DNA of 18,003 nt from an uncultured bacterium (GTDB lineage: Bacteria > SAR324 > NAC60-12), in assembly GCA_965662845.1 (NCBI GenBank), contig CBFIJD010000050.1, positions 1 through 18,003 of the forward strand. The letters run 5' to 3'. Shown in pieces: positions 8,281 through 17,299 of the stretch (the first letter of the stretch is position 1; each line of letters opens with the position of its first letter). Below the pieces are notes generated by a model. That model saw nothing but the letters and a program-made list of their open reading frames with translations, made no database searches and was not told the DNA's origin. The position numbers and the translations under genes are program-made.

Positions 8281-8315
8281 TGAAGTCTTTTTTTCACACA
8301 CAAGGAGGAGTCGGA

Positions 8316-8486
8316 ATGTCAGCAGAAAAATCGGATTACATTATTGAAGAGTGGAACGCTCAGCAGCAGCAGTGGATTGCCTCCAGCAAGCACAAATCTC
8401 CGCTCCCGTTTGAGAAGACCAAAGAAGTGCTCAGCGAACTCAATCGCGTCGCTGGAGGAAAACAGCTACGCATGGTCAAAGCCTGA
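8316..8486 (+). CDS. Small hypothetical protein (56 aa)
   Basis: Very strong RBS AAGGAGGAG before the ATG at 8316. Translation is MSAEKSDYIIEEWNAQQQQWIASS...LRMVKA. Confidence 0.75.
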   Translation: MSAEKSDYIIEEWNAQQQQWIASSKHKSPLPFEKTKEVLSELNRVAGGKQLRMVKA

Positions 8487-8557
8487 GCCCTCCCCCTATC
8501 TCGCCTTCACAGCAACTCCGCGTTGCTGTTTCCCTTCAGCGACAGGCCCCCCACCGC

Positions 8558-8812
8558 TTACGCGCCCGATTCCTTGCGTTCGTGAATGTGCTGCCGGATG
8601 ATGCTCAAGATCTCTAAGTCTGCGTAAGGAAAGTCGATCCGCTGGCGCGCGCCCAAGTCATCTTCCAGCCAATACTCCACCCCACTCTGGCTCTCCTCCA
8701 CGTAGACCTTCATCTTCTTTGACGTTTTCTGTAGCAGTCGCATGTGATTCTCCTGAAAAATAGTTTGATCCACGAGCATCTGCATACTCTGCACCGTTCG
8801 CAAGCGCTTCAT
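8558..8812 (-). CDS. Hypothetical protein (about 84 aa), last gene of the ABC transporter run
   Basis: MKRLRTVQSMQMLVDQ... The ATG at 8812 is 7 nt after the ATPase stop, and the composition is protein-like. Confidence 0.6.
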   Translation of the reverse strand: MKRLRTVQSMQMLVDQTIFQENHMRLLQKTSKKMKVYVEESQSGVEYWLEDDLGARQRIDFPYADLEILSIIRQHIHERKESGA

Positions 8813-8819
8813 TGAATTG

Positions 8820-9809
8820 TCAATCGCCGTCTGTCGCCGCGTCCGCTCCGACTCTCCAACACCGCGCGCGATGCGCCACGCCACGCCACGCGGGGACTTC
8901 TCGAAGGCACTGCGCTTCTACATACGGGCACCGCGTATGAAAGGGGCACCCCGCCGGAGGCGCGAAGGGATCTGGGATCTCGCCTGTGAGCGGAGCCTGC
9001 ACATGCCCGATGCGGCGCACATCTGGAGCGGCTTCGAGCAAGAGCTTCGTGTATGGATGTCGAGGCGTCGCAAAGACCTCCGCCGCCGGCCCTTCCTCAA
9101 TCAACCGCCCCAAATACATCACGCCAATCTGATCGGCGACAAAACGCACGACCGCCAAGTCATGCGTGATGAACAGATAGGTCAGCCCAAGCTCTGCCTG
9201 CAGCTCTTTGAGCAGGTTGAGAATCTGCGCCTGAATCGAGACGTCGAGCGCAGAGGTCGGTTCGTCACAGACGATGAAATCCGGCTCGCAAGCCAAGGCC
9301 CGCGCGATGGCCAGTCGCTGCCGCTGTCCTCCCGAGAATTGATGCGGGAACTTCTGCGACGCCGTCGCCGACAGCCCCACCTGCGCCAGCAGCTCTTCGG
9401 TTCGTTGACTGATCGCCTTGCGTCCCTCCCGCAACCGAAACACTTGCAGCGGCTCCGCCAGCAGCTCTGCCACCCGATGACGAGGGTTCAAGCTCGCGTA
9501 GGGGTCTTGGAAGATCATCTGCACGCGACGACGCAGCGGCTGCGGAAAGCGCGCACCTGCGCCGGCAATCGGCGTGTTCTCCCAGAACACCTGCCCTTGA
9601 GTCGGCGCCAGCAAGCCGACCAGCAACCGCGCCAGCGTCGATTTACCCGAGCCGGACTCTCCAACCAGCGCGTAGGTCGTCCCTTGCTCAATCTCCAGCG
9701 AGACTTCGTTGACCGCGTGCAGCAGGCGCTGCGGCCGCCCCGTCAGCGCGCGGACCAACCATGGCGGCGAGGAGTCAAACACCCGAGAGAGCCCCTCTGC
9801 GCGGATCAT
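8820..9809 (-). CDS. Oligopeptide/dipeptide ABC transporter ATP-binding protein (OppF/DppF-like)
   Basis: Walker A GESGSGKS, FQDPYASLNP, FSGGQRQR, CDEPTSALD, HPYT and GCPFHTRC. ATGA overlap with the upstream ATPase. Confidence 0.95.
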   Translation of the reverse strand: MIRAEGLSRVFDSSPPWLVRALTGRPQRLLHAVNEVSLEIEQGTTYALVGESGSGKSTLARLLVGLLAPTQGQVFWENTPIAGAGARFPQPLRRRVQMIFQDPYASLNPRHRVAELLAEPLQVFRLREGRKAISQRTEELLAQVGLSATASQKFPHQFSGGQRQRLAIARALACEPDFIVCDEPTSALDVSIQAQILNLLKELQAELGLTYLFITHDLAVVRFVADQIGVMYLGRLIEEGPAAEVFATPRHPYTKLLLEAAPDVRRIGHVQAPLTGEIPDPFAPPAGCPFHTRCPYVEAQCLREVPAWRGVAHRARCWRVGADAATDGD

Positions 9810-10774
9810 GCGCCCTCCATCACGGGATGCCAACAGGCGACGCCGGCCTCAGCGTTCCACTTAGGACGTTCCGTGCGGCATTGGGCGGTCACGCACTCAC
9901 AGCGCGGATGGAACGCACAGCCCGTAGGAATGTCGTCGAGCGCAGGCATCGAACCAGCGATCTGCTGCAACCGCGACGTGACCTCATACGACGGCGTAGA
10001 GGCGACCAACCCCCGCGTGTACGGGTGCCGCGCCCGCTGAATGACACGCGCCGTCGGGCCAAGCTCCGCGAGGCGCCCCGCGTAGAGCACGGCCATGCGA
10101 TCTGTGGTCTCCGCGACGACGCCCATGTCGTGCGTGATCAGCAAGACAGAAGTCCCACGCTCATCACAGACCTTGCGCAGCAGCGCCATGATCTGCGCTT
10201 GCACCGAGACGTCGAGCGCTGTGGTCGGTTCGTCCGCAATCAGCAATGCGGGCTCCACCGCGAGGGCGAGCGCGATCACGACGCGTTGACGCATGCCTCC
10301 GGAGAACTGGTGTGGATAGCTCCGCAGACGACTCTCAGCGGCGGGGATGCCGACCTCTTGCAGCAGCGCAACGGCGCGTCCCTGTGCCTGCTTCGTCGTC
10401 AAGGCCAAGTGTTGTCGCAGCGTCTCTTGCAGCTGCTGCCCAATCGTACGGAGTGGGTTTAGGCTAGTGAGCGGGTCTTGAAAGATCATCCCCACGCGCT
10501 TACCGCGCACGCTCCGCCACTCTCGGGACGAGAGCGCGTGCAGGGGGGTCGCGTCTAACCACATCTCCCCTGCGACGCGGCGCACGGGCGTCTCTTCCAG
10601 CCCTAGCAACACGTTGCCAATCATCGACTTGCCGGCCCCCGACTCGCCGACCAGCCCTAAGATTTCCCCGGCTTGCACGTCAAACGAGACGTCATCCACC
10701 GGACACAACGCCCCATGACGTGTCTGGATCTCTACGCGCAGGTTCCGAACAGAGAGGCGCGGTTGCTCAGCCAT
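9806..10774 (-). CDS. Oligopeptide/dipeptide ABC transporter ATP-binding protein (OppD/DppD-like)
   Basis: [35 protein letters not shown] and GCAFHPRC motifs. Confidence 0.95.
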   Translation of the reverse strand: MAEQPRLSVRNLRVEIQTRHGALCPVDDVSFDVQAGEILGLVGESGAGKSMIGNVLLGLEETPVRRVAGEMWLDATPLHALSSREWRSVRGKRVGMIFQDPLTSLNPLRTIGQQLQETLRQHLALTTKQAQGRAVALLQEVGIPAAESRLRSYPHQFSGGMRQRVVIALALAVEPALLIADEPTTALDVSVQAQIMALLRKVCDERGTSVLLITHDMGVVAETTDRMAVLYAGRLAELGPTARVIQRARHPYTRGLVASTPSYEVTSRLQQIAGSMPALDDIPTGCAFHPRCECVTAQCRTERPKWNAEAGVACWHPVMEGA

Positions 10775-10887
10775 AAAGGCGCGTGCCCAGTGAGAAGGTT
10801 AAAGAGAGTTCATTTTGCAGAGCCCACAGGTTTCGCTCGGCTCGTGGCGGCGTTCGCCCACATCGGTGTTCTCCCTCCGGCGACCAC

Positions 10888-11802
10888 TCACCGCAGACGC
10901 GGGTTCAGCTCGTCCCGCAGCCAGTCGCCCAGCAAGTTCACCGACAACGCGAGCACCAGCAGCGTCACCGCCGGAAAGAACAAAATCCACCACTCCCCTG
11001 AGAACAAGAAGTCCTGCCCCACACGAATCAAGGTGCCAAGCGAGGGCTGAGTGGGCGGCGCGCCAACGCCCAGATAGCTCAACGTCGCCTCCGCAATGAT
11101 CGCGAGGGCGAGGCTGATCGTGGCGATGACCAGCACCGGCGTGAGCACGTTCGGGAGCATGTGCCGCCACATGATGCGCAAGCGGGAGAGCCCCAGCAGC
11201 TGCGCGGCTTCCACGTAGGGTTTGCGCTTCTCGACGAGCACCGAGCCGCGCACCGTCCGCGCAAACTGCACCCAGTCTGACAGGCCAATGCTCAAAATCA
11301 GCACATACAGCGCCATCGTGTCGCGAGCGTCGGGAGGAACCAAGCCGCGCGCGATGCCATAGATCAACATCGCGATCAAGATCGACGGGAAGGTGAGCTG
11401 GACGTCGGCAATGCGCATGATGACCGTGTCCACCCACCCGCCGAGATAGCCCGCCACCAGCCCCAGCGAGACCCCAAGGCAGAGCGCCAGCGCGACCGCA
11501 GCGAGCCCCACCAACAGAGAAATGCGCAGCCCGTAGAGAATCGTCGAGAAGACATCGCGGCCTTGATCGTCGGTTCCCAGCCAAAAGAGGTTTCCGGTGT
11601 ACTGGTTGGGTTCCAGCGGACGCGAGAAGCCGTCCATCAGGTTGAGCGTGGCAGGATCAAATGGATTTTGGGGCGCAAGCAATGGCGCAAGTAGCGCGAG
11701 CATGCCCAGCGTGAGCACGAGCGCCGCCGAGACCACTGCGACTGGCGAGCGCAGGAAGCGATACACAAAGTCGGATTGCAACCCACGACGCAGCGCGCTC
11801 AT
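10888..11802 (-). CDS. ABC transporter permease (OppC/DppC-like)
   Basis: LGTDDQGRD, EAA loop YVEAAQLLG, AEATLSYLG and NLLGDWLRDELNPR. Confidence 0.95.
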   Translation of the reverse strand: MSALRRGLQSDFVYRFLRSPVAVVSAALVLTLGMLALLAPLLAPQNPFDPATLNLMDGFSRPLEPNQYTGNLFWLGTDDQGRDVFSTILYGLRISLLVGLAAVALALCLGVSLGLVAGYLGGWVDTVIMRIADVQLTFPSILIAMLIYGIARGLVPPDARDTMALYVLILSIGLSDWVQFARTVRGSVLVEKRKPYVEAAQLLGLSRLRIMWRHMLPNVLTPVLVIATISLALAIIAEATLSYLGVGAPPTQPSLGTLIRVGQDFLFSGEWWILFFPAVTLLVLALSVNLLGDWLRDELNPRLR

Positions 11803-12779
11803 CGAGCCGCCTTGCCGTCAGCGCCGATCCGCGGATCAATCGCGCGATACAGCAAGTCCACGACCAAGTTGATGAACACAAACAACGTCCCGACCAGCAG
11901 CAGATATGCCGCCATCACGGGGATGTCTACAAAGTAGATGGAGTTGATGAACAGCAACCCGACCCCTGGCCACTGAAACACCGTCTCGGTGATGATCGCG
12001 AACGCGACGATGGAACCAATTTGGAGCCCTGTCACGGTCACCACCGGCACTAAGGTGTTCGGCAGCGCGTGCTGGAGGTGTACGCGACGCTCGGGCAAGC
12101 CGCGCGCACGACAGAAGCGAATGAAATCCGCGCGCAGCACCTCCAGCATCTCGGCGCGAGTCAGGCGCATGATGAGCGTCATTTGATATAAGCCCAAAGT
12201 AATGGACGGCAGCAGCAAGCTGCGCCAACCAGACTCGGTCGCCAGAGAGGTCTCCCAGCCCCACACCGAGGCCGTCTCTCCGCGCCCAAACGACGGCAGC
12301 CAGCCCAGCTCCACCGAGAAGACCCAGATCAGCAAGATCCCAATCAAGAAGGTCGGTAGCGAGACGCCAATCAGCGAGGTCGTCATCAAAAATTGGGCGA
12401 GGAAGTTGTCGCGGTTGAGCGCTGTGAACACCCCGAGGAGCACCCCAAACCCAAACGCGAACAGCGCCGAGACCAGCGCCAGCTCTAAGGTGGCCGGCAG
12501 CCGCTCGGCGATCAGCTCCGCGACCGGAGTGCCGCGCCGGTACGAGAGGCCAAACTCCCCCTGCACCGCGTTCCCCACAAAGGTCGCAAACTGTAATGGC
12601 AGCGGGTCATTCAGGCCTAAGCGCTCCGCGAGGAGCGCGCGGTCGGCGAGGGTCGCTTCTTGCCCCAGCAGGTTATCCACAGGGTCGCCCACAAACTTGA
12701 AGACGGCAAAGGAGGCAAACGCCACCGCCAGCAGCACAAAGACCGCTTGCACACAGCGTTGCAGCAGAAACGCGAACAT
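11799..12779 (-). CDS. ABC transporter permease (OppB/DppB-like)
   Basis: LGLNDPL, RLPATLEL, RARGL, ETVFQWPGVG and DLLYRAIDPRI. Confidence 0.95.
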   Translation of the reverse strand: MFAFLLQRCVQAVFVLLAVAFASFAVFKFVGDPVDNLLGQEATLADRALLAERLGLNDPLPLQFATFVGNAVQGEFGLSYRRGTPVAELIAERLPATLELALVSALFAFGFGVLLGVFTALNRDNFLAQFLMTTSLIGVSLPTFLIGILLIWVFSVELGWLPSFGRGETASVWGWETSLATESGWRSLLLPSITLGLYQMTLIMRLTRAEMLEVLRADFIRFCRARGLPERRVHLQHALPNTLVPVVTVTGLQIGSIVAFAIITETVFQWPGVGLLFINSIYFVDIPVMAAYLLLVGTLFVFINLVVDLLYRAIDPRIGADGKAAR

Positions 12780-12784
12780 AGCGC

Positions 12785-14362
12785 TCAGTTGAAGCGCAGG
12801 AACTTGAAGTGCGGTTGATCCTCCGGTTGCACCGCGAAGTCGATGTTCGCCTTCATGCCCCAGTTGAGGATTTGGTGATGCAGCGGCAGGTAGATCAGGT
12901 CGGCTTGCACCTGATTCCAGATGGCCGCGATGGTCGCGTTGCGGGCGTCTAGGTTGGTCTCAGCTTCCAGCGAGCGGATCATCTTGTCCACCTCGGCGTT
13001 GCTGTAGCGGGCGCCGTTCCATGAGCCGCGGTCGTCTGCGGTGGTGTGCACTAAGAAGTTGAAGATGTAGTGCGAGTCGAACGTCGGGACGCCCCACCCG
13101 AGCAGGTAGAAGTCTGTGGTGCGCTTGGTGATCTGCGGGAAGTGCTGAGCCTTAGGCTTGGCGTCGAGGTTCACGGTCACGCCGATGCGACCAAACATCC
13201 CAACGGCGGCTTGACAGATGGCTTCGTCATTGATGTAGCGGTCGTTCGGACACTGCAAAGAGATCGTGAAGCCGTCTGGGTAGCCCGCGTCGCGGAGCAG
13301 CTGCTTGGCGCGGTTGGCGTCGGGCTTTGGATACTTGTCAAGCTCCGGCGTCCAGCCGTTGACGAAGGGCGGCATGATCACCCCAGTCGGCTGCGATTGG
13401 TCGCGCATCACGATCCGCTTGATCGCGTCTCGGTCGAGGGCGAGGTTCATCGCTTCGCGCACGCGGCGGTCGGCGAGCGGGTTTTTGCCTTCCACGTTGT
13501 CGTTCGCGAGGTCGTCATCGCCAACGTTCATCCCAAAGAAGATCGTGCGGTTCTGGGGCGCATTGACCACTTTCAGGTCGGACTGACGCTGCACGCGCTG
13601 CAGGTCTTGCACGGGCACGTCTTGGATGAAGTCGACTTCGCCAGAGAGCAGCGCGGCGACCCGCGTGGCGGCATTTTGGATCGGCGTGTAGATCACTTGG
13701 CTGACCTCCATCGGATAGAGGTCGCGCCCCCAGTAGCTGTCGTTGCGACGCAGCACCGTGCGCTCATCTGGCTGGCGCTCTGCTAAGAGGTACGCGCCGG
13801 TTCCGTTGGCGTTGCGCACGGCGTAGTTGTCGCCTCCGTTGGCGAAGTCTTGCACGTTCTCAGCGCCATTTTCGCGCGTCCAGCCTTCGTCCATGATGAA
13901 CAGGTTCGTCAGGTTGTTCGGCAGCAGCGGGTTGGGCCCTGCGGTCTCAATGTCCACCACATGGTCGTTCACCTTGCGCACCTCCACGATGGTGTTCAGC
14001 AGCTCTTTCATGTCTGAGGTCTGCTGCTTGGCGCGGTTGATCGAGAAGACGACATCGTCAGCCGTGAAGTCTTGTCCGCCGTGATATTTGACGCCCGGAC
14101 GCAAGAAGAAGCGCCACACTTTGGGATTGTTGGTGGCTTGCCACTGCGTCGCGAGGGCAGGGATGATCTTGCCCGACATGTCGCGCATCAGCAGCGGCTC
14201 GTAGATTTGATGGGCGAGGGCGTGCGTGGGGCCTTCATTTTGGGCGTGCGGATCAAGCGTTAGGGAATCGCCTGTGCGCGCCCAGCGGAGCGTGGTGGCT
14301 TCAGCGACAAAGGCTCCGGTCAGGAGCGCGGTGGAGAGCAAAGCGGCGCAAAACTTCTTCAT
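12785..14362 (-). CDS. ABC transporter substrate-binding protein, family 5 (Opp/Dpp/Nik-like)
   Basis: Sec signal MKKFCAALLSTALLTGAFVAEA after a GGGAGG RBS. Motifs TLDPHAQNE, FTADDVVFS, NGTGAY, RVREAMNLALDR and CPNDRYIND. Confidence 0.95.
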   Translation of the reverse strand: MKKFCAALLSTALLTGAFVAEATTLRWARTGDSLTLDPHAQNEGPTHALAHQIYEPLLMRDMSGKIIPALATQWQATNNPKVWRFFLRPGVKYHGGQDFTADDVVFSINRAKQQTSDMKELLNTIVEVRKVNDHVVDIETAGPNPLLPNNLTNLFIMDEGWTRENGAENVQDFANGGDNYAVRNANGTGAYLLAERQPDERTVLRRNDSYWGRDLYPMEVSQVIYTPIQNAATRVAALLSGEVDFIQDVPVQDLQRVQRQSDLKVVNAPQNRTIFFGMNVGDDDLANDNVEGKNPLADRRVREAMNLALDRDAIKRIVMRDQSQPTGVIMPPFVNGWTPELDKYPKPDANRAKQLLRDAGYPDGFTISLQCPNDRYINDEAICQAAVGMFGRIGVTVNLDAKPKAQHFPQITKRTTDFYLLGWGVPTFDSHYIFNFLVHTTADDRGSWNGARYSNAEVDKMIRSLEAETNLDARNATIAAIWNQVQADLIYLPLHHQILNWGMKANIDFAVQPEDQPHFKFLRFN

Positions 14363-14417
14363 GAGATACCTCCCAGTTGGTTGAATGGAGACAGCGTTCA
14401 AAAAACGCGAGGGGGAG

Positions 14418-14446
14418 ATTGTTGTGAAGTGTCACAGAAATGTCAA
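14418..14446 (-). promoter_or_regulatory. Putative sigma70 promoter of the ABC operon with an overlapping palindrome
   Basis: Minus strand TTGACA (14446-14441), a 17-nt spacer and AACAAT (14423-14418). A TGTGA-N4-TCACA inverted repeat lies at 14423-14436. Confidence 0.55.
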
Positions 14447-14487
14447 AAGGAAGTGACGGTTCGCTCCGTTTTTCGGCTTGCAGGAGC

Positions 14488-15096
14488 TTAGCGCAGGTAG
14501 TGCGCGTCAATCGCGTCGGTCTCATCGGCGTGGGAGTGTCCTTCCTCGTGCGTCGAGACCGGCGGGGCGGGTTCGTCTTCACCTTGAAGAAACGCCTGCA
14601 CCCCTGCGTGGAGCGGGGCGGCTTGGTTCGGCGAGCAGTCGCCCTGCGGCGTCAGCGCCGCTGCCATACGGAAGGTGATGTGAGGCGAGAGCGCCGAGTG
14701 CGCCAGCAAGAGATGGGCGCCCGTGGCACAGATTTGTCGAAGCGGTTGCGGGCCGACCTCCGCGAAGTCCCCTTGCCCTGCCAGAGCCTCTTGCAAGGCG
14801 TCTTCCGACAAGACAGCGACCGCAAACTGCTGCGAGCCGAGCAAGCTGGCGAGTCGTTTTGTGTCGAAGGCGCGGCTGACCAGCGCTCGGCTCTCGGGGT
14901 AGTTCACGGCCAGAGACGCCACGAGCGCCTCCCCGTGTGCGAAGCCTCGCGGATCTTCACGCGACGTTCCGATGTGGAGCCGCTCCTCGCGGAAAGAGAC
15001 CCACTGTCCGAAGGGGGTGTGCGCGACCAGCAGAGACGGCGCCCACAGGAGAGCCGCCCCAAGCAGCAGCGCACACCAGCGCCAGCGCTCACTCAT
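14488..15096 (-). CDS. Exported hypothetical protein, possibly a degenerate periplasmic-binding (TAXI-like) fold, with His/acidic tail
   Basis: Signal peptide (RWRWCALLLGAALLWAPSLLVA-HTP), start overlapping the amidase stop, a PLHAGVQAFL motif and a C-terminal THEEGHSHADE. Confidence 0.65.
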   Translation of the reverse strand: MSERWRWCALLLGAALLWAPSLLVAHTPFGQWVSFREERLHIGTSREDPRGFAHGEALVASLAVNYPESRALVSRAFDTKRLASLLGSQQFAVAVLSEDALQEALAGQGDFAEVGPQPLRQICATGAHLLLAHSALSPHITFRMAAALTPQGDCSPNQAAPLHAGVQAFLQGEDEPAPPVSTHEEGHSHADETDAIDAHYLR

Positions 15097-16354
15097 CGAA
15101 GACACTGGTGTCCAAGATCGCTGTCACAACGTAGTTGGGGACGTCGACCACTTGGCTGATGCGCAGATCGACCGCGACGCTCGCGAGCACATACGCTTGC
15201 TCTTTGGTCAGCCCTTTTTCCATGACCATCCAGTCGATCATTTGCAGGAGCGCGTGGCGTGCGGCTTGAGACAAGTCTTCGGAGAGGTTGGTGAGCTGCG
15301 CCAGTTTGTCCGACTTCAGATATTGCAAGTGCGGCGGGATCTCGCCCGCGTTTTTCAGAGGCAACCCGACCGTGGCGTAGAACTTCGGCGGCGCGATCTT
15401 GATCAGCTGCGTGGTCCCATGAAACTGGGGAGACTTGATGCGGTCGCCGCCCCCTTTGATGACCTCGACAGAGAGGCGCACGCGGGCTCCCATCTCAATC
15501 GCGGTGCCAGAGACTTCGCCGTCCCCTTGCGCGTAGTGCACATCCCCCACGAACAGCCCACAGCCTTGCACCAAGCACGGCAGCAGCAGCGTGGTTCCGA
15601 CCTGCATTTGCTTCACGTCCATATTCCCACCGATTTCACGGGGCGGCACCGTCCGCAGGCATTCGTTGCTGCCGTATCCTTGCGGTCCACAGATGTTCTT
15701 GGGGAGCGCTCCCGTTGGTTCTGGAGGGAGGGCCACGCCGCCAAAGCTCGCCAGTTGACTCTCGCGCTCGAGGTATTCCGCCATCTCTGGGCGCCCAGGG
15801 AGCACGCCGACGGAGCCCATGAACCCATTGAACGGGATCTTGATGCCCGGCATTTGATCGGAGACCGCGTGGGTGCGGCTGAGTTTCCAGTTCACGATGT
15901 ATGGCTCGGTGAAGACGTCGCGCAGAAAGCCGAAGCCGGGGACAATCAGCGTGTAGCCGTACTCGTCCGGTTCGATGTCGTGCAGCGTCACAGCGATGGC
16001 GTCGCCACGCTCGGCGCCTTCCACATGCAATGGGCCGGTCATCGGGTGCACGAGGTTGAGATCTAGCGCGGTCACGTCTGCCGCTGTGGAATCCAGCGTC
16101 AGCCCGCTGTCGAAAGCGTCTCGCGTCGCGAAGGTGACGATGTCGCCGGGGCGCGCTAGCGCCACATCGGGGATGTCTGGGTGCAGCCGGTTAAAGCAGC
16201 TAGGGTCATCTTGGCAGCGAGTCCCTTGCTTGCCGACGCCCACACGATTTTGCCAACTCTCTGATGATGTGTCCGCCCAGGCGGTGTTGAATCCTAGGCA
16301 CAACCCGCCCAGCAGCAAAAACTCGACTGCGCGACGTACGAATGACTTCCCCAT
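15089..16354 (-). CDS. Acetamidase/formamidase (FmdA_AmdA) family protein with N-terminal signal peptide
   Basis: NRLHPDIP, HPMTGPLHVEGAERGD, RTVPPREIGGNMD, GDVHYAQGDGEVSGTAIE and AYVLASVAVDLRISQVVDVPN. GGAGG RBS before the ATG at 16354; signal peptide ends AWA. Confidence 0.92.
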   Translation of the reverse strand: MGKSFVRRAVEFLLLGGLCLGFNTAWADTSSESWQNRVGVGKQGTRCQDDPSCFNRLHPDIPDVALARPGDIVTFATRDAFDSGLTLDSTAADVTALDLNLVHPMTGPLHVEGAERGDAIAVTLHDIEPDEYGYTLIVPGFGFLRDVFTEPYIVNWKLSRTHAVSDQMPGIKIPFNGFMGSVGVLPGRPEMAEYLERESQLASFGGVALPPEPTGALPKNICGPQGYGSNECLRTVPPREIGGNMDVKQMQVGTTLLLPCLVQGCGLFVGDVHYAQGDGEVSGTAIEMGARVRLSVEVIKGGGDRIKSPQFHGTTQLIKIAPPKFYATVGLPLKNAGEIPPHLQYLKSDKLAQLTNLSEDLSQAARHALLQMIDWMVMEKGLTKEQAYVLASVAVDLRISQVVDVPNYVVTAILDTSVFDE

Positions 16355-16477
16355 GCGAACCTCCAAAAATTGCTGGATGATGAAAAAAGACGAACAAAAA
16401 TCGTATGAGGCAACCAGCCGGTTTGCAACAAAAAAGTCACAAAAGAGCCTTCGCTTCGGTCAAGCGGAACCACCACC

Positions 16478-16591
16478 GTAGGGACAAGACATCTTTCGCC
16501 CTGACCAACCACGAAACAACGTAGGGGCGAGACAGCTTTCGCCCTAACCAACCACGAACCACCGTAGGGGCGAGACAGCTTTCGCCCTAAC
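16478..16591 (+). repeat. Array of 3 REP palindromes upstream of the RAYT
   Basis: GTAGGGGCGAGACAGCTTTCGCCCTAAC at 16521 and 16564, plus a degenerate copy at 16478. The period is 43 bp with C/A-rich linkers. Confidence 0.9.
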
Positions 16592-16629
16592 TGGAGGTCT
16601 GTCGATAAAATCATTGGAGATGCGAAAGG

Positions 16630-17217
16630 ATGAAATACAACCCAGACGTGCATCATCGTCAGTCAATCCGTCTCAAGGGATACGATTATTCCCAAGCAGG
16701 CGCATATTTCGTCACGATCTGCACCCAAAAAAGGCAACATCTGTTCGGAGAAATTGTGAATGGAGAGATGCAGTTGAACGATGCGGGGGGCCTTGCGCAC
16801 CAATGTTGGGATGCTATTCCAGTCCATTTTCCCAATGTTGATCTGGATCAATTTGTGGTCATGCCGAACCATGTTCACGGAATCATTTGGATTATTGACA
16901 ACGTAGGGGCGAAACATCTTTCGCCCCTACAATGCGGAACGTCCCATAGGGCGAAACATCTTTCGCCCCTACAATGCGGAACGTCCCAAACAATTGGTTC
17001 GATTGTGCGTGGATTCAAAATCGGCGTGAACAAATGGATGCGAAAAAACACCGATATTCATGAGGTCTGGCAACGAAATTATTGGGAACACATCCTTCGT
17101 AATGACGATGAATTGAACCGGATTCGTCAATACATCCGCAACAATCCCAAAAATTGGGAGACCGACAAATTGAATGGAGGCCCAGGAAATCAGGTTTTAG
17201 AACCACCACCACCGTAG
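16630..17217 (+). mobile_element. REP-associated tyrosine transposase (RAYT, IS200/Y1_Tnp HUH family)
   Basis: R.SIRLKGYDYS..GAYFVTICT, the HUH motif MPNHVHGII, and WQRNYWEHILRN...IRQYIRNNP with the catalytic Tyr. Flanked by GTAG REPs. Confidence 0.93.
16903..16988 (+). repeat. REP palindrome inside the RAYT CDS with an in-frame 42-bp tandem duplication
   Basis: Perfect 12-bp inverted repeat GTAGGGGCGAAA-CATC-TTTCGCCCCTAC (16903-16930). The 42-bp-period duplication encodes AKHLSPLQCGTS twice. Confidence 0.92.
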
Positions 17218-17299
17218 GGACAAAATCCCAACATAGGGGCGAAACAGCTTTCGCCCCAACCACAAACCAACGTAGGGGCGAGACAGCTTTCGCCCTAAC
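17214..17299 (+). repeat. REP array downstream of the RAYT
   Basis: A shortened GTAGGGACAAAATCCCAAC at 17214, ATAGGGGCGAAACAGCTTTCGCCCCAAC at 17233, and GTAGGGGCGAGACAGCTTTCGCCCTAAC at 17272. Confidence 0.9.

Noticed and set aside
7836..8347. ORFs 7937..8347 (+), 7790..8227 (-) and the extension of 7548..7985
   Set aside because: No RBS or recognisable motifs and Pro/Arg-rich composition; better explained as intergenic DNA.
8817..10040. 407-aa plus-strand ORF
   Set aside because: It is an antisense shadow of the two well-supported ABC ATPases in GC-rich DNA, Arg-rich and without motifs.
14972..16066. 364-aa plus-strand ORF (also 13070-13786 and 14440-15159)
   Set aside because: These are antisense shadows of the amidase, binding-protein and exported-protein genes.
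16478..16591. Repeat-spacer pattern resembling a mini CRISPR array (also 17214-17299)
   Set aside because: The linkers are only about 11-15 nt and similar to each other, the repeats are GTAG palindromes flanking a RAYT, and no cas genes are present.
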